From NCBI GenBank assembly GCA_964448075.1, contig CAYUUR010000001.1:1785-65784 (forward strand): 64,000 nt of DNA, read 5' to 3'. The notes beneath the pieces were generated by a model. It made no database searches and was not told where the DNA came from. It was given only the letters and a program-made list of their open reading frames with translations. Below are positions 43,012-53,788 of the stretch, piece after piece. This DNA comes from an uncultured Candidatus Saccharibacteria bacterium. GTDB taxonomy: Bacteria; Patescibacteriota; Saccharimonadia; Saccharimonadales; CAYUUR01. The stretch's first letter is position 1. Every line of letters begins with the position of its first letter. Position numbers and translations under genes: made by a program.

Positions 43012-43484
43012 TATTTCGCCTCCTTCGTGGCTTTTGGCTTTGCAGCGGGCTTCTTGGCGACTGTTTTTGCAGGTGCCTTTGGCTTAGCTGCTGCTTTAGC
43101 TGGCTTTGCAACTGGTGCAGCTGACAAATCGTCAACAAAACTTATGCGTGCCATCTGCGTGTTATCACCGCGGCGTGTACCTGTTTTTTCAATTCGTAGG
43201 TGGCCACTGTCGCGTGCACTTAACTTAGGCGCAATCTCATCGACAAGTTTGTGCGCGCTTTCGATAGTCTGTAATGAGCTGACAATCTGACGACGGTTGT
43301 GGAGATCAGCTTTCTTGGCCTTAGTAATCAGCTTTTCGACATATGGAACTGTCTCTTTAGCCTTCGTAAGGGTCGTTTCTATAGACTCATACTTGATGAG
43401 TGAGTCGGCAAGGCCCTTAATAAGGGCTTCGCGCTGGTCGCGCTCTCTACCGAACTTCTTACCTTTATATCCGTGGCGATGCAT
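43011..43484 (-). CDS. rplQ: 50S ribosomal protein L17 with Ala/Lys/Pro-rich C-terminal tail
   Basis: 157 aa; MHRHGYKGKKFGRERDQR start; about 40-aa basic tail. Confidence 0.95.
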   Translation of the reverse strand: MHRHGYKGKKFGRERDQREALIKGLADSLIKYESIETTLTKAKETVPYVEKLITKAKKADLHNRRQIVSSLQTIESAHKLVDEIAPKLSARDSGHLRIEKTGTRRGDNTQMARISFVDDLSAAPVAKPAKAAAKPKAPAKTVAKKPAAKPKATKEAK

Positions 43485-43485
43485 C

Positions 43486-44430
43486 TTAAAGCTCCATCTC
43501 CGCCATTTTTTCTTTGACTTCGTCTAGGGCTTTGCTGCCAAAACCTTTGAGGTCACGCAACTCAGCATCACTCAGTGAGAACAAGTCTTTGAGTGTATGA
43601 ATTTCATTGTTAATGAGTGCGTTTGTGGTACGAGCTGAAAGATTAAGATCTTCGATTGGAGTCATCAGCTCAGCTGAATCATCGCCAGAAGCGATGTCTT
43701 CACTGCCTGGTTCATGTGCACCAGCTGCAGCACCTGCTTCTACGCGGGTTTGACCTGCGAGAGCGGTGTACTGGTTAACAAGGATGGCTGAGGCTTCTTC
43801 AAAGGCTTCAGCTGGCGTGATAGTACCGTCTGTGTCGATGGTGATCAAGAGCTTGTCGAGGTCGGTCATCTGACCAACACGAGTGTTTTCAACCTTATAA
43901 CGCACACGCTGTACTGGACTGAATACTGCGTCAACAGCAATCATGTCGCTTGCTTTGCGGTTAGCGCTTTCGTCGATTGTTCGGTAGCCACGACCTGTTT
44001 CGATAACCATGTCGATAACAAGTTCTGCTTTAGAGCCGTCAAGGTGAGCAATAACGTGATCAGTGTTTACAACTTCTACATCAGCATTCGTTTGGATATC
44101 TTTTGCGGTAACAACGCCAGACCCTTTTTTGGTCAAACGAATAGTTTGTGGCTCTTCGCTAAAAGTACGGAAGCGAATGCCTTTGAGGTTCAACATGATG
44201 TCTACCACGTCTTCTTTGACGTTTGGTAGCGTTGTGAACTCGTGACTTGCGCCTTCTACCTTAAAGGCAGTGATTGCTGCACCAGAAATACTAGAAAGCA
44301 GTACGCGCCGTAGTGAGTTCCCAAGAGTCATGCCGTAGCCACTGTGCAATGGTTCAACTATTAATGTAGCTGATGTCTTGGTGTGGTCGTCTACGCTTAC
44401 AACGCCTGGGGTATAGATTGTCTTTGACAT
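43486..44430 (-). CDS. rpoA: DNA-directed RNA polymerase subunit alpha
   Basis: ORF-track start 44466 is TTG and overlaps rpsD; ATG 44428-44430 follows SD AAGGAGG. NTD and CTD (LNLSARTTNAL) recognisable. Confidence 0.93.
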   Translation of the reverse strand: MSKTIYTPGVVSVDDHTKTSATLIVEPLHSGYGMTLGNSLRRVLLSSISGAAITAFKVEGASHEFTTLPNVKEDVVDIMLNLKGIRFRTFSEEPQTIRLTKKGSGVVTAKDIQTNADVEVVNTDHVIAHLDGSKAELVIDMVIETGRGYRTIDESANRKASDMIAVDAVFSPVQRVRYKVENTRVGQMTDLDKLLITIDTDGTITPAEAFEEASAILVNQYTALAGQTRVEAGAAAGAHEPGSEDIASGDDSAELMTPIEDLNLSARTTNALINNEIHTLKDLFSLSDAELRDLKGFGSKALDEVKEKMAEMEL

Positions 44431-44446
44431 AGGTTTGTCCGCCTCC

Positions 44447-45064
44447 TTATCGTGAGTAATACTCAACGATTAATTGTTCATTAATTTCTGGTTCTGCCTC
44501 TTCTCGTAATGGCTTGCCAGTGACACTTACTTCAATTTTCTTACGATTAACCTTGAGCCAGCTATTTGCTTCTGCTGCTGGGCTAATTTCATCGATACGC
44601 TTGAAATACTCATTTGCTTTACTGTGGTCGCGGAGAGTGATCTTATCACCTTCTTTGACGCGGATTGAAGGAATGTCGACGCGTCGGTCGTTCAACATGA
44701 AGTGGCCATGAGTTACAAGTTGTCGTGCTGCACGACGGCTAGGTGCGAAGCCGCTCCGGTAAACAACGTTATCGAGTCTTCGTTCCAAAAGTTGTAAGAG
44801 CATTGCTCCAGATTGACCCTGAGTTCGTGAAGCTTCCTTCATGAGGTTTGAGAACTGTCGCTCCAGCAAACCGTATAGGCGCTTAACTTTCTGTTTCTCA
44901 CGAAGTTGCAGTGAATACTGACTGGCTTTGCCACGTGGTGGTCGTCCTGTTGGAGACTTACCCGGCAAAGTTGTGCGCTTTGCAAGCGCTTTATGAGCTT
45001 TAGGGTGAAGAGCATAGCCTTCACGACGGCTCATTTTTACAATTGATTGTCTATCTCGTGCCAT
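44447..45064 (-). CDS. rpsD: 30S ribosomal protein S4
   Basis: Start set at ATG 45062-45064 (MARDRQSIVKMSRREG), one nt after the rpsK stop; S4 domain present. Confidence 0.94.
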   Translation of the reverse strand: MARDRQSIVKMSRREGYALHPKAHKALAKRTTLPGKSPTGRPPRGKASQYSLQLREKQKVKRLYGLLERQFSNLMKEASRTQGQSGAMLLQLLERRLDNVVYRSGFAPSRRAARQLVTHGHFMLNDRRVDIPSIRVKEGDKITLRDHSKANEYFKRIDEISPAAEANSWLKVNRKKIEVSVTGKPLREEAEPEINEQLIVEYYSR

Positions 45065-45065
45065 A

Positions 45066-45461
45066 TTAGATCCTTCGCGCCTTACGTGGACGGCAACCAC
45101 CGTGTGGTACACCTGTCACGTCGCTAATACTCTCGACCTGTACTTCTTGGGCTTGCAACACACGAACGGCTGCATCGCGACCAAGTCCTACACCTTTAAT
45201 AAATACATCTGCCTTGCTAAAACCATGTAGCTGTTTAGCTGCCTGAATAGCTTTTTCTGCTGCAACTTGTGCTGCGTAAGCCGTACCTTTCTTAGAGCCA
45301 CGGAACCCGCAACCACCTGCACTAGCAGTAGTAAGGACGCCGCCCTTGCTATCTGTTACCGTAATAATGGTGTTATTGAATGTTGCGAGTACGTGAACTT
45401 GCCCAAAGGGTACTGATCGCTTAGCTTTTTTCTTCTTGACTGTTGTAGTAATTTGTTCCAT
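45066..45461 (-). CDS. rpsK: 30S ribosomal protein S11
   Basis: 131 aa; GQVHVLATFNNTIITVTD typical of S11. Confidence 0.96.
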   Translation of the reverse strand: MEQITTTVKKKKAKRSVPFGQVHVLATFNNTIITVTDSKGGVLTTASAGGCGFRGSKKGTAYAAQVAAEKAIQAAKQLHGFSKADVFIKGVGLGRDAAVRVLQAQEVQVESISDVTGVPHGGCRPRKARRI

Positions 45462-45469
45462 ATCTATCC

Positions 45470-45856
45470 TTAGGTCTTAGACGCTACCTTCTTAGCGGTA
45501 CCACCCACAGTTGTCTTGCGCCCACGACGCGTACGTGCGTTTGTTCGTGTTCGTTGTCCCCGTGATGGAAGGTTAGATTTGTGACGAAGGCCTCGGTAAG
45601 AACCGATGTCCTTGAGACGCTTAATGTTTGTGGCAACAATACGCTGTAACTCACCTTCAACTACGAGGTCAGCGTTGATAACGTCCTGAATTCGTGAAAT
45701 TTCTGCGTCAGTAAGGTCTTTGACACGTACTGTTGGCTCAACTTTAGCTTTTTCTAAAATATCAGCACTTGTCTTTGGTCCAACGCCGTAGACATACGTC
45801 AGTGCTATCTGAACTTGCTTTTCTGTCGGGATAGTTACCCCTGAAATTCGAGCCAT
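45470..45856 (-). CDS. rpsM: 30S ribosomal protein S13
   Basis: 128 aa; MARISGVTIP... typical of S13. Confidence 0.96.
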   Translation of the reverse strand: MARISGVTIPTEKQVQIALTYVYGVGPKTSADILEKAKVEPTVRVKDLTDAEISRIQDVINADLVVEGELQRIVATNIKRLKDIGSYRGLRHKSNLPSRGQRTRTNARTRRGRKTTVGGTAKKVASKT

Positions 45857-45859
45857 TCT

Positions 45860-45976
45860 CTACCCCTGCCTTTGCTTGTGCTTTGGCTTAAACTTGTTAA
45901 TAACATACAAACGACCCTTGCGACGAACAATCTTGTCGTCGGGGCTGATTTTTTTTACACTTGCACGCACTTTCAT
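45860..45976 (-). CDS. rpmJ: 50S ribosomal protein L36
   Basis: Own translation [38 protein letters not shown] (38 aa; non-zinc form without Cys); below ORF-track cutoff. Confidence 0.9.
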   Translation of the reverse strand: MKVRASVKKISPDDKIVRRKGRLYVINKFKPKHKQRQG

Positions 45977-46085
45977 GCGGATCACCGGTCCTTTCTATGA
46001 GCCTGGATGACACACTGCTTAATATTGATAACGTCGCTAGAACTTCTGCAGAAAGGCACTAAGGATGTACCCTGTTGTAAAAGCA

Positions 46086-46307
46086 CTAGGACTTGCGATA
46101 GGTGATTCTGCCCTTAGTAAGATCATAAGGGGTCAACTCGACCGTAACGCTGTCACCTGGCACGATACGAATGTAATGTTTTCGCATTTTACCGGCGACG
46201 TGAGCTATAATTTGATGACCGTTTTCGAGCTCGACACGAAATTGAGTACCCGGAAGGGTCTCGATTATAGTGCCTGTTAGTTCGATTACTTCCTTATTTC
46301 CAGCCAT
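46086..46307 (-). CDS. infA: translation initiation factor IF-1
   Basis: 73 aa; S1-like fold sequence ([24 protein letters not shown]). Confidence 0.95.
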   Translation of the reverse strand: MAGNKEVIELTGTIIETLPGTQFRVELENGHQIIAHVAGKMRKHYIRIVPGDSVTVELTPYDLTKGRITYRKS

Positions 46308-46358
46308 AAATATATAACAAGACCTGATTATATCAGATAGAGTGCCTATCTGTAAACA

Positions 46359-47879
46359 CTATTTTGATTTACTTTTCGGTTTTGTAGATCTTTTACCCGA
46401 CGGTAATCGATCCCGCATGCGTAGCCGGCCACCACCACTTGCGGCTAATGCTGGCTCGCTGCTGTCATAGAAGAAATCAGGCTGCTCATACTGGTCGTAA
46501 GTCACCATCAACGCTCGTGATTCTATCTGACGCATCGTCTCTAGCGCAACAGCTACGAGGATCAACACACTAGTACCGCCAAGCGCGATATTCGAATTAG
46601 TGAACATCTGCCCCAAAATAGGCATTAAGGCCAGTGCGCCGAGGCTGAGAGCCCCAAAGAGCGTTAAACGGTTAACTGTCTTGGCAAGATATTTCTCAGT
46701 TTGTTTACCAGAACGCACTCCTTCGATAAACCCACCTTGCTTCTGTAGGTTCTCTGATATTTCTTTGGAGTCAAAAGTAATACCGGTATAGAAGAACGTA
46801 AAGACAACGACGAGCAGGAAGTAGACGATTGGGTAGATGTATGGTTCCCATCCACCTGCGGCAAAGGTTTGTGGACTTGGGTTTTGGAACCATAGGACTA
46901 AGTTTGTGCCAAGTTCTTGCAAGCGCACGCTATCAGAACCTTGTAGAATTTGACCAACGAAGCTCGGAACACTCAAGAACGCTAATGCAAAGATGATTGG
47001 CACTACACCAGCAGTAATGATCTTGATGGGCAATGTAGTGGTCACTCCGCCGTAAGCGCGGTTGCCTTGGACGCGTTTAGCATAGTGTACTGTTATGCGT
47101 CTGGCACCTTCATTTAATTTGACAACAAGATATGTTAATACTACCGTGACGACCAAAACAATTAACGCAAATATGAGTGCACCTCTGTTTACTGGTAAAG
47201 TGAGTCCGAGGACACGCCAGGTGCCATCCCCTGTTGTGACGGCTGCAGCAAGACTCGCTATCGTCGACGGCAACTGACTAACAATACCTACAGTAATAAG
47301 AAGTGATATACCATTTCCAATGCCTTCTTCGGTTATGAGTTCGCCGAGCCACATCAGTAGCATTGAACCACCGGTCAGGGCAGCAATCATCAGCGCCCAC
47401 TGCATCGGGGAACTCGTTGCGGTAATATCGATACCGCCAACCGATTGCGCTGACTGCCTTACGAGGAAAATTGCGCCAACAGATTGAACAATGGCCAGCG
47501 GCAGGGAAAGCAGGCGCGTATACTGGTTGATCTTCTTGCGGCCGAATTCACCCTCTTGATTGAGTGCTTCAAGCTTAGGGATTGCTTTGGTGAGCAACTG
47601 CATAATAATCGATGCGTTAATATATGGCCCAAGACCAATCAACATAATTGAGAAGTTGGCCAGTGCACCACCTGAAAGGACGTCAAGAAAACTGAGTAAC
47701 TGCGTTGTTTCAGTAGATGTATAGATTGATTCAAGTACTTGCTTGAGGGTCTGTGGGTCGCTCAGTGGTATCGGTATATGCGCTAGGATACGAAAAATAA
47801 GAAGCATTCCAAGTACTGCAAGTACACGCTTTCGCATGTCTGCATTCTTCAGTGACTTCCAAATTAAACGCCAATTCAT
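46359..47879 (-). CDS. secY: preprotein translocase subunit SecY with basic C-terminal extension
   Basis: 506 aa, 10 TM SecY layout; about 50 extra C-terminal residues. Confidence 0.95.
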   Translation of the reverse strand: MNWRLIWKSLKNADMRKRVLAVLGMLLIFRILAHIPIPLSDPQTLKQVLESIYTSTETTQLLSFLDVLSGGALANFSIMLIGLGPYINASIIMQLLTKAIPKLEALNQEGEFGRKKINQYTRLLSLPLAIVQSVGAIFLVRQSAQSVGGIDITATSSPMQWALMIAALTGGSMLLMWLGELITEEGIGNGISLLITVGIVSQLPSTIASLAAAVTTGDGTWRVLGLTLPVNRGALIFALIVLVVTVVLTYLVVKLNEGARRITVHYAKRVQGNRAYGGVTTTLPIKIITAGVVPIIFALAFLSVPSFVGQILQGSDSVRLQELGTNLVLWFQNPSPQTFAAGGWEPYIYPIVYFLLVVVFTFFYTGITFDSKEISENLQKQGGFIEGVRSGKQTEKYLAKTVNRLTLFGALSLGALALMPILGQMFTNSNIALGGTSVLILVAVALETMRQIESRALMVTYDQYEQPDFFYDSSEPALAASGGGRLRMRDRLPSGKRSTKPKSKSK

Positions 47880-47959
47880 GTTCTACCCTCTAGCTCACTT
47901 GTAAATATTCCTATGCAGTATAGCGCATAACGAATACGAATATCTATTACTATGTGTTG

Positions 47960-48421
47960 TTATTTCGTAACTTTTGGACGAGCGACACGTTCAGTTTTGG
48001 TGAATGTTCCGCCAGCTTTGGTAACTGCTGCAATAGCACTTTGACTAGCTGCCGGCAATTTAACGCTTATTTTGCGCTTCAGTTCGCCCTTAACGATCAA
48101 CTTAACATTGACGTGCAAGCTTGATATCAGGCCATGACCTGCAAGGACTGCAGTATCAATGGTCGTTTCTTTCAGATCGTTGATTTGTCCAGTGTAGATG
48201 TTCTCAAAAGGTACGCGCTTAGACGTAAAACCACGAAGTTTTGGTATACGCTGCATGAGAGGATTCTGACCACCTTCAAAACCTGGTCGTGTTCCACCAC
48301 TCTTACGTGCGTTCTGTCCTTTTGTACCGCGTCCAGCTGTTTTACCACGACCGGCTGCTATACCGCGACCAACGCGTTTGCGATTCTTTGACGATGTGAT
48401 ATTTAGATCATTGTATTTCAT
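47960..48421 (-). CDS. rplO: 50S ribosomal protein L15
   Basis: 153 aa; GRGIAAGRGKTAGRGTKGQ typical of L15; overlaps the rpsE stop by 4 nt. Confidence 0.95.
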   Translation of the reverse strand: MKYNDLNITSSKNRKRVGRGIAAGRGKTAGRGTKGQNARKSGGTRPGFEGGQNPLMQRIPKLRGFTSKRVPFENIYTGQINDLKETTIDTAVLAGHGLISSLHVNVKLIVKGELKRKISVKLPAASQSAIAAVTKAGGTFTKTERVARPKVTK

Positions 48422-48990
48422 GCGACCTCCGCTTCGGGCTTTTTGGCAGCAGGCTTGCTAGCTTTTTTGGTTTCAGCAATAGCTCCGTACTTGTTGGAAA
48501 CCCAATTCTTTGCTGGTTGGATTGATTCTAGAGCTGCGATGGTTGCGTAAGCAGTGTTTGTCTTATTGCTTGAGCCAAGAGACTTCGATAGCGCGTTATG
48601 TACGCCTGCAACATCCAGAATCGTACGAACAACGCCGCCGGCAATAAGACCAGTACCCGCACTCGCAGGCTTCAACAAAATGTATGCACCACTCACGCGG
48701 CCAGTAGCTTCATGTGGCAAAGTATCTTTGTAAAGTGCGACCGTGATCATATTTTTCTTAGCAACTTCTGTGGCCTTAGTAATGGCTGCCGTAACATCTG
48801 CACCCTTTGCAGTACCAACGCCAACTTTACGTTTGTGATCACCAACAACAACAAGTGCGCGGAATCTAAAACGCCGACCACCTTTTACTACACGAGCAAC
48901 ACGGTCAATGTGAAGGACCTGCTCATCAAACTGTTTTTCTTCTGCTGGCGCATCATTGCGACGGCCACGTGATTGATCGTACTGTGCCAT
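48418..48990 (-). CDS. rpsE: 30S ribosomal protein S5
   Basis: Start set at ATG 48988-48990 (MAQYDQSRGRR), one nt after the rplR stop; S5 dsRBD and C-terminal domains. Confidence 0.94.
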   Translation of the reverse strand: MAQYDQSRGRRNDAPAEEKQFDEQVLHIDRVARVVKGGRRFRFRALVVVGDHKRKVGVGTAKGADVTAAITKATEVAKKNMITVALYKDTLPHEATGRVSGAYILLKPASAGTGLIAGGVVRTILDVAGVHNALSKSLGSSNKTNTAYATIAALESIQPAKNWVSNKYGAIAETKKASKPAAKKPEAEVA

Positions 48991-48991
48991 A

Positions 48992-49348
48992 TTAGAACTC
49001 CAATCCATTCTGGCGTGCCGCATCAGCAAGCGCCTTGATTCGGCCATGATACTTGCGACCGTTTCTATCAAATACTACTTTTTTAACCTTAACTGCTGTA
49101 GCTTTCTTGGCAAGGTTCTCACCAACATAAGCAGCTTTTTCAGTCATCGTCCCTGTTGCCTTTTTGTCTCCAACAGTTGTGAAACTTGCAAGTGTCTTAT
49201 GTGCGGTATCATCAATGATCTGTGCTGATACATGCAGGTTAGTAATAGAAACACTGAGGCGTGGACGTTCAGTCGTGCCACTAACTGTTGCGCGTACGCG
49301 GCGCTTTCGTTGTGCCGCATTCTGTATTTTCTTGGTTAGTCTATTCAT
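48992..49348 (-). CDS. rplR: 50S ribosomal protein L18
   Basis: 118 aa; L18-like, spc order. Confidence 0.95.
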   Translation of the reverse strand: MNRLTKKIQNAAQRKRRVRATVSGTTERPRLSVSITNLHVSAQIIDDTAHKTLASFTTVGDKKATGTMTEKAAYVGENLAKKATAVKVKKVVFDRNGRKYHGRIKALADAARQNGLEF

Positions 49349-49356
49349 AATGGTTC

Positions 49357-49896
49357 CTATTTGTCCTTACCTGATTTACCGCTCTTACGGATAATACGTT
49401 CACCAACATACTTAATACCTTTGCCTTTGTATGGCTCTGGCTTCTTCAGGGAGCGGATTTCAGCCGCTACTTGGCCAACTTGCTGCTTGTTTATACCGCT
49501 GATTGTGATAATGTTCTGCTCAACACTCACGGTGATTCCTTGAGGGATCTTATACATAACGTCGTGTGAAAACCCGACATTAAGCTTAAGGTCAGTACCT
49601 GCAAGCGCTACGCGGTAACCAACACCGTTAAGTTCTAGCTTTTTCTCAAAGCCTTGGCTTACACCAACTACAAGGTTTTGTAGTAGTGCACGCATCAGGC
49701 CGTGCTTTGCACGAACTTTTGGTTCGTCGTTGGCTCGCGTAACGATGATTTCATCGCCTTCTTGTTTGACGGTGATGTCCGGCATGGTGAACTGGCTCAA
49801 TGAACCTTTGCTCCCGTTAACCGTGATGACATCTTTGTCGACAGTGATTGTCACACCGCTGGGGATTTGAATGGGCAGTTTTCCTACTCGACTCAT
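49357..49896 (-). CDS. rplF: 50S ribosomal protein L6
   Basis: 179 aa; MSRVGKLPIQIPSGV typical of L6. Confidence 0.96.
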   Translation of the reverse strand: MSRVGKLPIQIPSGVTITVDKDVITVNGSKGSLSQFTMPDITVKQEGDEIIVTRANDEPKVRAKHGLMRALLQNLVVGVSQGFEKKLELNGVGYRVALAGTDLKLNVGFSHDVMYKIPQGITVSVEQNIITISGINKQQVGQVAAEIRSLKKPEPYKGKGIKYVGERIIRKSGKSGKDK

Positions 49897-49918
49897 GATG
49901 TTATTCCTTTAATTTCCT

Positions 49919-50326
49919 TTAATATACTCTACAAATTAGTTCGCCACCGAGACGTTGATCTTTGGCGTCTTTGCCGGTCATAATACCTTTTGATGTAGAT
50001 ACGATGACCAGTCCACGTCCGCGCATGATTGTCGGGATCTTGTCAGCTCTTGTGTACATGCGGCGGCCGGGAGTACTCATTCGACTGATCTCAGTGATAC
50101 GTGCGTTTTCAGATGGCTGATTTATGACGATTGACAGCGTTTTGCCTGGTGTGTCTTCGTTCTTTTTAACAGAAACACTCTGAACAAAGTGATTTTGCTT
50201 GAGAATCTCAGCAATTGATTCCTTCATCTTTGAATGAGGCATCGTCACTTCTTGTTTGTTTACATTAATAGCATTGCGGATGCGTGTTAGCATATCTGCA
50301 ACTGGGTCTGTACTTACCATACTCAT
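49919..50326 (-). CDS. rpsH: 30S ribosomal protein S8
   Basis: 135 aa; DPVADMLTRIRNA typical of S8. Confidence 0.96.
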   Translation of the reverse strand: MSMVSTDPVADMLTRIRNAINVNKQEVTMPHSKMKESIAEILKQNHFVQSVSVKKNEDTPGKTLSIVINQPSENARITEISRMSTPGRRMYTRADKIPTIMRGRGLVIVSTSKGIMTGKDAKDQRLGGELICRVY

Positions 50327-50331
50327 ACTCC

Positions 50332-50601
50332 TTACCAGCTCGCTTTCGTTACACCAGGAATCTCACCCTTTGAGGCGTGCTCACGGAAACTTATACGACT
50401 CAAGCCAAAGGTGCGCATATACGCATGAGGACGACCAGTTTCCATACAGCGATTCTTCCATCGTGTTGGCGATGAATTACGGGGGAGCTTGTGCAGACCA
50501 TCGTAATCACCCATTTTCTTTAGCTCAGCACGCTTGTCGGCGTACTGCTTGATCATCTTTTGACGCTTCAAGTCACGTGCAATGATTGATTTCTTAGCCA
50601 T
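50332..50601 (-). CDS. rpsN: 30S ribosomal protein S14 (long, non-zinc form)
   Basis: 89 aa; [15 protein letters not shown]... and C-terminal IPGVTKASW. Confidence 0.95.
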   Translation of the reverse strand: MAKKSIIARDLKRQKMIKQYADKRAELKKMGDYDGLHKLPRNSSPTRWKNRCMETGRPHAYMRTFGLSRISFREHASKGEIPGVTKASW

Positions 50602-51194
50602 TACTTGGCTCCCTTCTCATGTGTTTTCTCAAATGGCATACCAAACTTTTCGAGCAAGGCTCGGCTGTGGTCTGGATTATTTGCCTTGATGACAAATACT
50701 ACTTGCATACCGTGTGGGGTTGTTGTTTCTTCAAAGGTCAGTTCTGGGAATACTGATTGATCAACCAAACCTAAGCTAAAGTTGCCCTGACGGTCAAAGG
50801 CTTTTGCACTCACACCGTGGAAGTCACGCAGTCGTGGGAGGACTATGTTGATCAAGCGGTCGGCAAATTCGTACATTTTTTCACCCCGAAGAGTTACCTT
50901 GAGCCCAATTTTGTTACCTTCGCGCAGTTTGAACGTTGCAATCGAAAGACGTGCAGTGGTTTCAATCGGTTGCTGACCTGTTATTTTGCGAAGTGTGTTT
51001 GCAGCAATTTCCATGAGCTTCTTATCGTCTTTTGCACGTCCAAGACCAACGTTTAGAACGATTTTCTCAAGACGTGGTACCTCATTCGAATTCTTAAGGC
51101 CAAGATCCTTTTGCAAAGCTGCAGCGTACTCATTGTTGTAGAGTACTTTCAGTCGTGCGTTTGTGGTTGCTACTTGTTTTGTTGCGGTAGCCAT
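50601..51194 (-). CDS. rplE: 50S ribosomal protein L5
   Basis: 197 aa; L5-like, spc order. Confidence 0.95.
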   Translation of the reverse strand: MATATKQVATTNARLKVLYNNEYAAALQKDLGLKNSNEVPRLEKIVLNVGLGRAKDDKKLMEIAANTLRKITGQQPIETTARLSIATFKLREGNKIGLKVTLRGEKMYEFADRLINIVLPRLRDFHGVSAKAFDRQGNFSLGLVDQSVFPELTFEETTTPHGMQVVFVIKANNPDHSRALLEKFGMPFEKTHEKGAK

Positions 51195-51520
51195 TACTTG
51201 ATCTCCTTGCCGCTTTTCTTAGCGATACGAACTTTGGTGCCTGCTTTGTCAAAGCTGTAGCCAATACGGGTTGGCTTCTTTGAGGTTGGGTCAACCAAAG
51301 CTACTTTTGATACCCAGATTGGTTTTGTCAGTTCGATAATACCGCCCTGAGGGTACTGCTTGTTTGGCTTCTGGTGCTTCTTAACGATGTTAATGCCTTC
51401 TACTGTGACTTTGTTGTCGCTTGGGTGTACGGCAACGACTTTACCAGTCTTGCCTTTGTACTTACCAGCCAACACCACAACGGTGTCATTCTTCTTCAAT
51501 CGAATCTTATAAAGCGTCAT
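51194..51520 (-). CDS. rplX: 50S ribosomal protein L24
   Basis: 108 aa; KOW motif ([20 protein letters not shown]). Confidence 0.95.
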   Translation of the reverse strand: MTLYKIRLKKNDTVVVLAGKYKGKTGKVVAVHPSDNKVTVEGINIVKKHQKPNKQYPQGGIIELTKPIWVSKVALVDPTSKKPTRIGYSFDKAGTKVRIAKKSGKEIK

Positions 51521-51888
51521 TATAGTACCTCCGGAGCGAGTGAGATAATCTTGGCGTAACCCATGTCGCGGAGTTCACGAGGAACTGGCCCGAAGATACG
51601 AGTTGCCTTAGGTAGTTTATCGTCACCAATGATAACTGCAGCGTTATCATCAAACTTAATTGTTGAACCGTCTTTGCGCTTGATTGGGTAGCTTGTACGT
51701 ACCACAACCGCGCGAACAACAGTCTTCTTTTTGACGTTGCCGCTAGGGTTAGCTACTTTAACGGTAGCAACGATAGTGTCGCCAACGCGAGCGTAACGCT
51801 TGCGTGTGCCGCCAAGAACACGAATGCAAAGGATTTCCTTAGCACCGCTGTTGTCACATACGATTAATCGTGATTCTTGTTGGATCAT
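51520..51888 (-). CDS. rplN: 50S ribosomal protein L14
   Basis: 122 aa; [18 protein letters not shown] typical of L14. Confidence 0.97.
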   Translation of the reverse strand: MIQQESRLIVCDNSGAKEILCIRVLGGTRKRYARVGDTIVATVKVANPSGNVKKKTVVRAVVVRTSYPIKRKDGSTIKFDDNAAVIIGDDKLPKATRIFGPVPRELRDMGYAKIISLAPEVL

Positions 51889-52154
51889 ACGTCTTCCCCT
51901 TTGGACTCACGGATAACTGGACGTTCTACTACTTTTGTAAGTGTAAACCGCTTACGTGCACTGATTGGTCGAACTTCGCTAATAATGACTTTGTCGCCTT
52001 CTTGCGCTTCGTTCTTTTCATCGTGTGCCATGAATTTCTTACTGACAGAATACTGCTTCTTATAGATTGGGTGTGTCATGCGAGTAACGACGGTGACGGT
52101 AATGGTCTTGTCGGCTTTGCTTGATGACACAACACCAGTAAATGTTTTAGCCAT
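51885..52154 (-). CDS. rpsQ: 30S ribosomal protein S17
   Basis: 89 aa; S17-like, S10/spc order. Confidence 0.95.
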   Translation of the reverse strand: MAKTFTGVVSSSKADKTITVTVVTRMTHPIYKKQYSVSKKFMAHDEKNEAQEGDKVIISEVRPISARKRFTLTKVVERPVIRESKGEDV

Positions 52155-52354
52155 TACATGTTCTCCTTCGTTAGCTGCTCGCCCAAAACGGTAAGCATAC
52201 GCGCCAAGTCTTTACGCTTGTGTCGGATGACCTTAACGTTCTGCACTTCACCACCGTGCATACGGCGTCGTAGTTCAGCGATCTCTTCGCGTAGTTTAGT
52301 GCTTTCCTTGGTCAGGTCTGCTGTTGATAATTTACGGATTTCTACAACTTTCAT
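52154..52354 (-). CDS. rpmC: 50S ribosomal protein L29
   Basis: 66 aa; L29-like helical hairpin sequence. Confidence 0.93.
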   Translation of the reverse strand: MKVVEIRKLSTADLTKESTKLREEIAELRRRMHGGEVQNVKVIRHKRKDLARMLTVLGEQLTKENM

Positions 52355-52358
52355 AGTG

Positions 52359-52772
52359 TTACGCCTCCTCCCTTACGAGGAACTTGGTTTTAATTGGCAA
52401 CTTGTGGGCAGCCAATCGCATTGCTTCACGGGCTACATCTTCTGGTACACCTTGCATTTCAAACAAGATTGTCCCCGGACGGACCTTAGCTGCAAAATAC
52501 TCTGGGTTTCCTTTACCACTACCCATCTTTACGTCCTGTGGCTTACGAGTCACTGGAGTATGAGGGAAGATGCGGATCCAGATCTTTCCACCACGCTTGA
52601 TATGACGAGTCATAGCTTGACGTGCAGCCTCGATCTGGCGAGATGTGATACGCTCTGAGCCTTGTGACTGTAGTGCGTATTCACCAAAGGCAATCGCGTT
52701 TCCACTAGTAGCTACTCCGCGGATCTTGCCCTTGCGTACCTTTCGGTACTTTGTTCGTTTTGGCATTAGCAT
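52359..52772 (-). CDS. rplP: 50S ribosomal protein L16
   Basis: 137 aa; [11 protein letters not shown] typical of L16. Confidence 0.97.
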   Translation of the reverse strand: MLMPKRTKYRKVRKGKIRGVATSGNAIAFGEYALQSQGSERITSRQIEAARQAMTRHIKRGGKIWIRIFPHTPVTRKPQDVKMGSGKGNPEYFAAKVRPGTILFEMQGVPEDVAREAMRLAAHKLPIKTKFLVREEA

Positions 52773-52773
52773 G

Positions 52774-53403
52774 TTAGGCTACCTCACCCTTGTAGATCCA
52801 TACTTTAACCCCAATAATGCCTTTTTGCGTCGTGGCTCGTGCTGCAGCGTAGTCGATATCTGCTCGAATGGTATGTAGTGGAACACTACCAGCGACTTCT
52901 TTTTCAAGTCGTGACATGTCAGCACCATTAAGTCGACCAGCGACTTCGATACGAATACCCTTAGCGCCAGCACGCATAGTGTTTGCAGAAGACTGCTTAA
53001 TAGCACGACGGAATGAGATTCTTCGTTCTAGTTGGTTAGCAATGTTTTCAGCAACAAGCTTGGCGTACATTTCTGGCTTCTTGATTTCTTCGATGTTAAC
53101 ACGAGCAGGAACTCCGTAGATCTTTTCGATAGCAGCCTTCAGCTCTTGTGCACCAGAACCACCACGACCAATCACAACACCAGCTTTTGCTGTGGTGACT
53201 GTTACAGTGACAAGGTTTGGTGATCGTTCAATATCTACCTTGTTAATTGCTCCACGTGAGCCAACTTTGTTGACAATCAAGCGTCGAACTTCAAGATCTT
53301 GACGAAGGTAGTTTGCATAATCTTTCTTGGATGCGAACCACTTGCTGCGCCAGTCCTTATTGACTTGAAGTCGCATGCTGATTGGGTTTACTTTTTGTCC
53401 CAT
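52774..53403 (-). CDS. rpsC: 30S ribosomal protein S3
   Basis: 209 aa; [14 protein letters not shown] domain. Confidence 0.97.
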   Translation of the reverse strand: MGQKVNPISMRLQVNKDWRSKWFASKKDYANYLRQDLEVRRLIVNKVGSRGAINKVDIERSPNLVTVTVTTAKAGVVIGRGGSGAQELKAAIEKIYGVPARVNIEEIKKPEMYAKLVAENIANQLERRISFRRAIKQSSANTMRAGAKGIRIEVAGRLNGADMSRLEKEVAGSVPLHTIRADIDYAAARATTQKGIIGVKVWIYKGEVA

Positions 53404-53786
53404 TACTTCTTCTCCTCAGCTTTCTTAGCTTGCGCAGGTTTCTTAGGTGCACGCTGCTCACCATCAACAATTACAGTGATATGAGATGTGCGACGTTGGA
53501 AAGGAAGGGCACGACCATGTGCTGCAGGACGGTATCGCTTGTAACGAACACCAGGGGTGACGGTAATTGCAGTAATAGTCAGCGTGTCGGCCTTGTAGTT
53601 ATGGTTGTTATCAGCATTTGCCTTGGCAGACTTGATAGCCTTGATAACTGGTTCAGCTGCACGACGTGGTGTGTGCTGCAGGATGGTGATGGCGTCTTCA
53701 ACAGAGCGACCACGAACCAAGCTAGCTACAACACCAACCTTACGTGGGCTCATACGAACACCTTTACTAATAGATTGGACAGACAT
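53403..53786 (-). CDS. rplV: 50S ribosomal protein L22
   Basis: 127 aa; L22-like with a short basic C-terminal tail. Confidence 0.95.
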   Translation of the reverse strand: MSVQSISKGVRMSPRKVGVVASLVRGRSVEDAITILQHTPRRAAEPVIKAIKSAKANADNNHNYKADTLTITAITVTPGVRYKRYRPAAHGRALPFQRRTSHITVIVDGEQRAPKKPAQAKKAEEKK

Positions 53787-53788
53787 TG

